From a virus (Duplodnaviria; Heunggongvirae; Uroviricota; Caudoviricetes), in IMG/VR virus record IMGVR_UViG_3300032291_003166: DNA of 12,588 bases; one strand, 5' to 3'. The position numbers were made by a program, and so were the translations under genes. Below the pieces are notes generated by a model. The model was not told the DNA's origin, ran no database searches, and was given only the letters and a program-made list of their open reading frames with translations. Position 1 is the first letter of the stretch, and every line of letters begins with the position of its first letter. Shown here one piece after another: positions 1 to 5,812 of the stretch.

Positions 1-97
1 CAAATGATGCTTTATACTGCTCTGTTTGAGTTTTACCTATTGTTTGAGATAATGCTAATCCAGGAATTAACAATAATGCTAATAATAACTTTTTCAT
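1..97 (-). CDS. 5' part of a secreted protein running off the left edge (not in the ORF track); possibly CsgG/HfaB-like
   Basis: ATG at 97, 2 nt after the stop of 100..315, open to the edge: MKKLLLALLLIPGLALS|QTIGKTQTEQYKASF. Sec/SPI signal peptide with Gln at +1. The CsgG-like guess rests only on recalled similarity of this N-terminus and on the operon context. Confidence 0.8.
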   Translation of the reverse strand, partial: MKKLLLALLLIPGLALSQTIGKTQTEQYKASF

Positions 98-99
98 AA

Positions 100-315
100 T
101 TATGGTCTTGATGGCCATGTCCATCCTTTTTGTTTACTTCTTTTTACTAATAATAAACCTAAAATTATAAACTGTGCTATCCAAACTAATCCCATCCATT
201 CTGTATTACGCATTTGTTCATCAAATACAAACATAAATGACATTAAATAAGCGATAACAAGATTAAATAATATGGCTTGTTCAAAAGCTAAGTACCATTC
301 TTTTAAATTTTTCAT
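100..315 (-). CDS. small two-TM membrane protein, unknown function
   Basis: Two hydrophobic stretches (AILFNLVIAYLMSFMFVF; WMGLVWIAQFIILGLLLV) and a basic C-terminus. A-rich start context, tight operon spacing. Confidence 0.75.
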   Translation of the reverse strand: MKNLKEWYLAFEQAILFNLVIAYLMSFMFVFDEQMRNTEWMGLVWIAQFIILGLLLVKRSKQKGWTWPSRP

Positions 316-335
316 AAATTGTTTTTATTGTTCAA

Positions 336-590
336 TTAACCTTCTTCTTCGTCTTGTTTTTTATCTTTATTTCTGCTTAAAAATTTATCTAAAGATCCAA
401 TACCTAATGAACCTAAGCAAATAGTTAAGAATGAATTATAAATAAATTCGTTAATAACTAAATCTTTACCAAAATATCCTGTTACTAAATCAACAATCAT
501 TGCTATCACCATTACGGCAAATGATGCAAATCCAATTACTGATTTTTCATTAATGTCATTAGTATCTTTAAAAATATCTAAAAATTTCAT
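336..590 (-). CDS. holin-like two-TM membrane protein
   Basis: 84 aa with two hydrophobic segments (VIGFASFAVMVIAMIVDLVTG; FIYNSFLTICLGSLGIG) and a highly charged C-tail (RNKDKKQDEEEG). Topology resembles small holins; function not established. Confidence 0.7.
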   Translation of the reverse strand: MKFLDIFKDTNDINEKSVIGFASFAVMVIAMIVDLVTGYFGKDLVINEFIYNSFLTICLGSLGIGSLDKFLSRNKDKKQDEEEG

Positions 591-611
591 ATCTTAATTA
601 TTTAAATTTGT

Positions 612-1178
612 TTATCCTATTTGTTCTGCGTCTTCATCTTTGATTTTACCACATTTTAAACATTCTTCATCTCCGTCTCCATCTAAGTCTCCCCAAACGT
701 GTTCGCATTGACGATGCTCAAAATATTCATCTATATCTCCGTCTCCATCTGTATCTAATCCATCCATTACTCCATCTCCATCTTCATCGATTTCAACTGG
801 TTTAAATGCTACTTTTGGTGATTCAGTAGTAACTACTGGTAATACTATTGGAGTTGGTTCAACTGGTGGAGTTACTGGCATATCAGCAGTATTGCTTAAT
901 GTTGTGCCATCTTCTTCATCCATTTTCTGAACTAACATCTTATCTTTATCAGTATCAGAGAACCAGTAATCAATTATTTTACCATATGAACCAATAAAGG
1001 CACCTAATAATAACAATAATAATTCTTTCCATTCAGTTGCCATAGGAGTATTTAGCTGAATAGCAGCAAACATACCTCCCATTATTAACATAAATCCACC
1101 TAAGACCATAAATGTGATATACCATCTACGTCTCATCATTGCATTTAGCAATTCTTTAAATCCTGTTTGTTCTTTCAT
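612..1178 (-). CDS. two-TM membrane protein with Pro-rich linker and DxDxDG Ca-binding-like motifs
   Basis: TM1 WYITFMVLGGFMLIMGGMFAAI, TM2 LLLLLLGAFIGSYG, linker PVTPPVEPTPIVLP, three DxDGDG loops (DEDGDG, DTDGDG, DLDGDG) and C-x-H...C-x2-C at the C-terminus. Confidence 0.85.
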   Translation of the reverse strand: MKEQTGFKELLNAMMRRRWYITFMVLGGFMLIMGGMFAAIQLNTPMATEWKELLLLLLGAFIGSYGKIIDYWFSDTDKDKMLVQKMDEEDGTTLSNTADMPVTPPVEPTPIVLPVVTTESPKVAFKPVEIDEDGDGVMDGLDTDGDGDIDEYFEHRQCEHVWGDLDGDGDEECLKCGKIKDEDAEQIG

Positions 1179-1185
1179 AATCTAA

Positions 1186-1500
1186 TTACCAAGCTGGTGT
1201 TTCGTTCAATGCTTCTTTTTCTGATTTCTTTTTAGGTGCTGCTGGTTTCTCTTTAGTAGCAGGAGCTGTTTGATTGATAATAACAGTCTTACTAGGAGCA
1301 GCTTGTTGTTGTTGTTGGTTGGAGTTAGTAATATTAATTACTGGAGCTGGAGCGGCTGCTGGAGCTGGTTCGCTTCCACCACCAAATAATGTTGATCCTA
1401 ACCATGCACCACCTGCTGTTACAACTGTAGCTACGGTACCCAAAATAGTTTTTTTTACTCCTGACCAGGTTCCTTCGTGTTCTTGTGTTTCTTCTGACAT
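1186..1500 (-). CDS. single-TM low-complexity (Pro/Ala/Gln) protein
   Basis: Hydrophobic/Gly-rich segment ILGTVATVVTAGGAWLGSTLFGG followed by PAPAAAPAP, QQQQQ and a Lys-rich tail. 7-8 nt gaps to both neighbours. Confidence 0.8.
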   Translation of the reverse strand: MSEETQEHEGTWSGVKKTILGTVATVVTAGGAWLGSTLFGGGSEPAPAAAPAPVINITNSNQQQQQAAPSKTVIINQTAPATKEKPAAPKKKSEKEALNETPAW

Positions 1501-1508
1501 ATTCTTAA

Positions 1509-1877
1509 TTATTTAATTACTAATGGATATTTAACTTCTTTACCATTTATATCAATAAATATTAAATCATAGTCGCTCCTTGATAAATCTGATAAATCAT
1601 AGGTTTTTGTTGTTAAATTATCAGTAGCTGTAAAACTATATTTTTTAATTGGTTCTTCACTACCGAACGGAACGATTTGAACTGCATATTTTGATCCTGC
1701 TGTTGTTTCAAATTGAGCAACTACTGTATTATTAATTTGTTGGATTGACTTAATTGCGGTTGATGTTGATTTTACTCCTAAATCAATTTTAGGTGTAGGA
1801 ACGATATCAACTTTACGGCATGAAGCTACTCCTACTATAAAGGTTAAAATTACTAATATTACTTTTAATTTTTTCAT
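1509..1877 (-). CDS. lipoprotein with Ig-like domain resembling a T9SS C-terminal sorting domain
   Basis: SPII signal MKKLKVILVILTFIVGVAS|C. The C-terminal pattern YDLSDLSRSDYDLIFIDINGKEVKYPLVIK resembles the ID(L)SxLxxGxYx..KxVIK end of type A T9SS CTDs. CDS is solid; the fold call is tentative. Confidence 0.65.
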   Translation of the reverse strand: MKKLKVILVILTFIVGVASCRKVDIVPTPKIDLGVKSTSTAIKSIQQINNTVVAQFETTAGSKYAVQIVPFGSEEPIKKYSFTATDNLTTKTYDLSDLSRSDYDLIFIDINGKEVKYPLVIK

Positions 1878-1882
1878 TTTTG

Positions 1883-4006
1883 TTATTTATTAAAGTTATT
1901 ATATCCGGTTAATTTAATTTGAGTTGAATTTAATGTAATGCCTAATTGATTTCCTTTATCATCTGAAGCATCCATTGTTTTTGTAACTTTAATTGATGTT
2001 AATATATCTACACCATTGCCAATAGTAGAGAATTTTAATTTAAATGGAATATTATTTCCTGTAAATGGAGTTTTAGCATTTTGATCTAATGCTCCAAATT
2101 TTACTTTACCATCTTTTGAATGTGCAAATATAAACCAGGTATTAGGTAATTCAGATTTTAATTCATCAAATTTAATTTTAGTAGCATCATAAGTAAATTC
2201 AAATTGAACACCAGCTACTTTATTACCATTAGTATTAATTGTGATTGGTATTTCAATAACATTAGATGTTACTGTTGAATTTGATAAATTAACATCAATT
2301 GCAGGTATGTTGTTTGGAGTATTAATAAATTCCATAACTGCTGAATTATTAAAAGCACTATTAGTTGCTAAACTACTTAAAGCATTTGTTTTTATTAAAA
2401 TACCACCATTATTATTTATTGTTACTACTTGAGATGAATGTGATCTATTAACATCACCCCATAGTAAGTATTTTAAATCTAATACTGTATTAGTACCTAA
2501 TATTCCAGTTGTAATTGTTACTTTAGGATTTGTAATATCTTTCCAATTAGTACTAGTAATAGAACCCCATGATTTAGAAGGATCTGCACTAAATTCAAAT
2601 TCAGCTCTTAATCCAAAAGTATTACCTCCTGCATCTCTAATAAATCCAGGGTATGTTGAAGTAGCTATTGTGTTAAAATCTGAAGGTACTTTATAAGTTG
2701 CCCATGTTCCATTTTGAGAAACATATTCTACAGGACCTGAGTATAAATCGAATAATTGGAGACTTTTTATTTGGTCAGGATTAACTCCAGTACCGGTAAA
2801 TTCTCTCATATCAATATCTACTTTACTAACTCCTTGTCCGTATGTGTTTAAATAAAGAACACCCCATTCTACTTGTCCTGCAGTTGTAGTTGCATCAGTT
2901 GATCTCCAAGTAGGTAATGACATAAATCCATTACTACCAACATTATACTGTGCTGGGAGAGTAAATAATGTATCTAAACCAATTACTTGAGCTAATAATT
3001 GAGGTAAGTCGCCTCCATCAATAGTTTTATTTCTATTAATATCAGCAGCAAATAAAGATTGTCCTGTTTTTAGAATTTGTCCGTTAGAACCATCTAATCC
3101 CATTGTTGTAAATTCATTTTGCGCTGTAGTGAAATCAGATAATGTAATAGCATTATTATATGTATTATACATTTTATCCATTTCATGCATTATAGTTACA
3201 TCATATGTTTTATTTTCTTGTAATTGAGATTGATTAATATCTACAGTACCATCAGAATTTACATTAAATAATGCTCCTTGGTTTGTTGCTATATCTCTAA
3301 ATGAAACTTTAAGATTAGTTAATGCTAATAGATTAGAGTTAACATCTACTTTTGCAGTTACTAATTTACCAACGTTTTGATTCATATTAACTGTATTAGC
3401 TAATGGAGTACTTAAAAAAGTATCATTATATCCACCACTTGCATTCCAACCAGCTACAAAGTTTAATTTAATAGGATTAAATGTATATGCTGTAGATGAG
3501 GTTTTTAATCTAAATCTTACAATAATTAATCTATCAAATCCACCATAAGGCATTCCTGAATTTGTAGCCCATGTTAAAGTTGCTCTTAAAATAGCATTTG
3601 GACCTCCATTTTGATATGTATAGCTTAAGCCTGAGGTATATCTACTAGTACCATTAGTACTAGTTGTATTGCCGTTATATGTGTAATTAGGATAATTTTG
3701 CCAAGTTAATTGAATATTTGAACCACCAGGTAAAACACCACCATTACCTCCAGTACCTGTATGATTTACTGATACTACTTCAAAGTTATTTTGGTCGTAT
3801 TGGAAATCAAATAATAATTGACGAGTAGTAGTGTTTCCATTACCATTTGCATCAACTATAATATCAAATTCATCGCCTCTATTAATAGGCATACCGTTGA
3901 TATTAGTGTTTGTTGTTCCGTACTTAAGTTTAAATTGAATAGGGTTTTGAGCGAATGCTGTGAATCCTAAAGTTAAAGATGTTAGTAATACTAATAATTT
4001 TTTCAT
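1883..4006 (-). CDS. secreted cohesin-dockerin-cohesin domain protein (707 aa)
   Basis: SPI signal ending AFA|Q. N-terminal cohesin-like GDEFDIIVD..LLFDFQYDQNNFEVVSV; dockerin/EF-hand-like NAITLSDF...AADINRNKTIDGGDLPQLLAQVIG; LWGDVNRS; C-terminal cohesin-like IEIPITINTNGNKVAGVQFEFTYDATKIKF. Confidence 0.8.
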   Translation of the reverse strand: MKKLLVLLTSLTLGFTAFAQNPIQFKLKYGTTNTNINGMPINRGDEFDIIVDANGNGNTTTRQLLFDFQYDQNNFEVVSVNHTGTGGNGGVLPGGSNIQLTWQNYPNYTYNGNTTSTNGTSRYTSGLSYTYQNGGPNAILRATLTWATNSGMPYGGFDRLIIVRFRLKTSSTAYTFNPIKLNFVAGWNASGGYNDTFLSTPLANTVNMNQNVGKLVTAKVDVNSNLLALTNLKVSFRDIATNQGALFNVNSDGTVDINQSQLQENKTYDVTIMHEMDKMYNTYNNAITLSDFTTAQNEFTTMGLDGSNGQILKTGQSLFAADINRNKTIDGGDLPQLLAQVIGLDTLFTLPAQYNVGSNGFMSLPTWRSTDATTTAGQVEWGVLYLNTYGQGVSKVDIDMREFTGTGVNPDQIKSLQLFDLYSGPVEYVSQNGTWATYKVPSDFNTIATSTYPGFIRDAGGNTFGLRAEFEFSADPSKSWGSITSTNWKDITNPKVTITTGILGTNTVLDLKYLLWGDVNRSHSSQVVTINNNGGILIKTNALSSLATNSAFNNSAVMEFINTPNNIPAIDVNLSNSTVTSNVIEIPITINTNGNKVAGVQFEFTYDATKIKFDELKSELPNTWFIFAHSKDGKVKFGALDQNAKTPFTGNNIPFKLKFSTIGNGVDILTSIKVTKTMDASDDKGNQLGITLNSTQIKLTGYNNFNK

Positions 4007-4494
4007 TTAGTTAAGTTTTCTACTAATTTAATACATGCTTTTTTTACTGCTTGTCTAGCAGCTTGTTGATTAAAACCTCCACCAGAGTCGATGGCTATTG
4101 TAGAACTGGAGATTTCGGATGAAGATTCTTCAACGATTGTTTCTTTAATCTTCTTATCTCCTTTATATAGAGTACCTTTTATTCTAATAATCGTTTCTGC
4201 TTCATTTTTATGAAATACAGATAAATTAGAACTAGTATTTACAATATCAAAATAAATTAATTCAGCCTGTAATACATAATCAGATGAATCCTGAGTTGTT
4301 GCTAATGCATATTCTTTATCTGCTAATGCTTCTGATAGAATATTTTTAACACCTAATGTTAAATTAACATTGCCTGCTAACAGACCCATTCTAATACTAT
4401 TTTTAACAGGAAGAATATATACTTTTTTATTTATTTCTCTACCACCTGTTAATAAAATGGATATAAGTAAAAATAATACTATTAAATATTTCAT
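4003..4494 (-). CDS. exported protein with CsgG/LptE/TolB-N-like alpha/beta fold
   Basis: Signal peptide MKYLIVLFLLISILLTG, then KVYILPVKN (beta), helix GVKNILSEAL, DYVLQAELIYFD, and C-terminal helix AARQAVKKACIKLVENL, which is the CsgG-like pattern. 4-nt ATGA overlap with the next gene. Confidence 0.6.
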   Translation of the reverse strand: MKYLIVLFLLISILLTGGREINKKVYILPVKNSIRMGLLAGNVNLTLGVKNILSEALADKEYALATTQDSSDYVLQAELIYFDIVNTSSNLSVFHKNEAETIIRIKGTLYKGDKKIKETIVEESSSEISSSTIAIDSGGGFNQQAARQAVKKACIKLVENLTK

Positions 4495-4584
4495 ATACGA
4501 TTTTAAGTTTTATATTTTTCAAAACAACACTAACCTAAATTATAAAACCGTATTTTAATACTTGTCCATAAATATGAAGTAAAT

Positions 4585-4617
4585 AAAGAACAACAAAAGC
4601 CCCGAATGGAGCTTTTG
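4585..4617 (-). terminator. intrinsic terminator downstream of tmRNA
   Basis: Minus strand CAAAAGCTCC-ATTC-GGGGCTTTTG TTGTTCTTT: stem with one G-U pair followed by a U-rich tract, starting 6 nt after the tmRNA discriminator. Confidence 0.8.
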
Positions 4618-4623
4618 ATTTTG

Positions 4624-5031
4624 TGGAGGTGAAGGGATTCGAACCCTTGTCCTGTTACAGCAGTTATAAAACAATTTATTACAAGCTTAGATCTGATAAA
4701 ATCTGATCAGTAAGGGCCGACCGTTTTTGGATGATCGAGTTCCACCATTTAATTTTTAAGGAATTAAAAAACCTTTAAATACCTAGTTACGTTGCTAAGC
4801 AAGAGGCTTTACTAGGCCAACGTGTAACCCTTATGTTCCTAGGTTGGTTACCACCTGATTGAATTAAGCAGCTACTGCTAAATCCGCTCCTACGAATGCC
4901 ATAGCATCTTCGAAAGAGAAAGTTGACTTGTTGTCGTTTATTATTTGAATATACATTTTATAGTGCTATACTATTCATCGCACTGCTTGTTGTCTCACAC
5001 TTTCATTGCCCAGTCAATTCCGGACACCCCC
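4624..5031 (-). ncRNA. ssrA: tmRNA (transfer-messenger RNA), 408 nt
   Basis: 5' GGGGGTG pairs with 3' CACCTCC-A, including the G3-U70 alanine identity pair. D-loop-like GGAATTGAC, T-arm AAGGG-TTCGAAT-CCCTT, helix 2 ACAAGC/GCTTGT, internal tag frame ending LAVAA-stop. CCA is not encoded (discriminator followed by CAA). Confidence 0.95.
4864..4938 (-). other. tmRNA proteolysis tag reading frame: (A)NDNKSTFSFEDAMAFVGADLAVAA*
   Basis: Frame read directly from the sequence; TAA at 4866-4864. Resume codon placed at AAC because UA sits at -5/-4 (UAAUA|AAC) as in E. coli UAGUC|GCA. The resume position is inferred. Confidence 0.8.
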
Positions 5032-5042
5032 GTGTTTTAGAG

Positions 5043-5071
5043 AATAAAATTAAGCCGCCCGAAGGCGGCTT
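5043..5071 (-). terminator. GC-rich UUCG-tetraloop hairpin, terminator-like
   Basis: Minus strand AAGCCGCC-TTCG-GGCGGCTT then AATTTTATT, directly after the stop of 5077..5271 and about 20 nt before the tmRNA 5' end. The U tract is imperfect on minus (TTAATTTT) and TTTT on plus. Confidence 0.7.
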
Positions 5072-5076
5072 TTAAT

Positions 5077-5271
5077 TTACTTTGCAGATGAAATATCACC
5101 TGCATTCACCTGAAGTGAATCATTTAATTTAGTAGAATCAGTTGAAACTGATGTGGTGTCTACTAATGTTGAGTCAACAGTAGTTGAATCTGTTGATGTA
5201 GTACTAACATTTGAACTAGTACATGCTGCAAACATACATACTGCAGCTAAAGCGATAAACATTGTTTTCAT
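5077..5271 (-). CDS. small Ser/Thr/Asp-rich lipoprotein
   Basis: SPII signal MKTMFIALAAVCMFAA|C; the 48-aa mature part contains DST, DST, DTT, DST, DSL. Confidence 0.85.
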   Translation of the reverse strand: MKTMFIALAAVCMFAACTSSNVSTTSTDSTTVDSTLVDTTSVSTDSTKLNDSLQVNAGDISSAK

Positions 5272-5293
5272 ATATTTGTTTTTTTTATTTGAT

Positions 5294-5325
5294 TAAATAT
5301 AATAAAATATTTCGGGTCAGAAAAA
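5294..5325 (-). promoter_or_regulatory. candidate Bacteroidota-type promoter (TTTT-N20-TATATTTA)
   Basis: -7-like TATATTTA at 5301-5294, 22 nt upstream of the lipoprotein ATG; the -33 element is imperfect. Confidence 0.45.
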
Positions 5326-5327
5326 TA

Positions 5328-5759
5328 TTATATTGATTTTATTTTATATAATTTTGCTTTATTATACGATATAGCTTTTTCATTTGGATTAATTAAGATA
5401 TCAATTTTCTTTTTCCATCTTTTATTCATCAAATCTCTAACCGTATAAATTCCACTTCTTTTTCCTATTCCCTCTACTCTTACTTTTTCGCCATATTTAA
5501 ATTTTCTTTTCAAATCATGACTCACAGCTATTATCCTATGTTTTTTAGGATTGGTTTCACTAATTATAAAACCACTTGCTGTTTCTGTTGGTGTACTATC
5601 TGTTTGTTTTTCATCCACTGTATACATGGTTGCTTTAACCCGATAGAATTCTTCTACTTCTACTTTTTCTTTTTCAAGTGCTCGTTTATGAATTTTATTT
5701 CCAATTGCCATTGGTATTATTAATAATGACCAACTTAAAAACATAACTATTTTTTTCAT
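5328..5759 (-). CDS. 3D (three-Asp)/RlpA-like double-psi beta-barrel protein, putative peptidoglycan-binding or lytic transglycosylase-like
   Basis: N-terminal hydrophobic signal/anchor, then VKATMY..QTDSTPTETASG..IIAVSHDL..GEKVRVEG..YTVRDLMNKRWKKKIDI, the characteristic 3D-domain pattern. Confidence 0.8.
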   Translation of the reverse strand: MKKIVMFLSWSLLIIPMAIGNKIHKRALEKEKVEVEEFYRVKATMYTVDEKQTDSTPTETASGFIISETNPKKHRIIAVSHDLKRKFKYGEKVRVEGIGKRSGIYTVRDLMNKRWKKKIDILINPNEKAISYNKAKLYKIKSI

Positions 5760-5771
5760 AACTATTTTTTT
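5742..5771 (-). repeat. perfect 15-bp tandem repeat AAAAAAATAGTTATG x2 spanning the 3D gene start
   Basis: Plus strand cataactattttttt at 5742-5756 and 5757-5771; gives in-frame ATGs at 5759 and 5744 (MKKIVM). Confidence 0.9.
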
Positions 5772-5775
5772 AAAT

Positions 5776-5803
5776 TTGAGCGAGAGATATTACTCCCGCT
5801 CAA
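5776..5803 (-). other. 11-bp hairpin after groEL (3' stabiliser or U-less terminator)
   Basis: Minus strand TTGAGCGGGAG-TAATAT-CTCTCGCTCAA. One G-U pair forms only on the minus strand; there is no U tract. Confidence 0.65.
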
Positions 5804-5812
5804 TAATTAAAT

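Noticed and set aside
1303-1318. (CAA)n microsatellite as a phase-variable repeat
   Set aside because: Short in-frame triplet run encoding poly-Gln; a length change would not shift the frame.
4539-4568. Sigma70-like promoter TGGACA-N18-TATAAT upstream of the envelope operon
   Set aside because: Good textual match, but a single instance in very AT-rich DNA and at odds with the Bacteroidota-type signals. An adjacent CATATTTA (4576-4569) is an equally plausible element. Needs TSS data.
4624-4655. tRNA-like T-arm and acceptor stem as a stand-alone tRNA
   Set aside because: There is no anticodon arm; the matching 5' acceptor strand lies about 400 nt away with a tag frame between, so this is the tmRNA 3' end.
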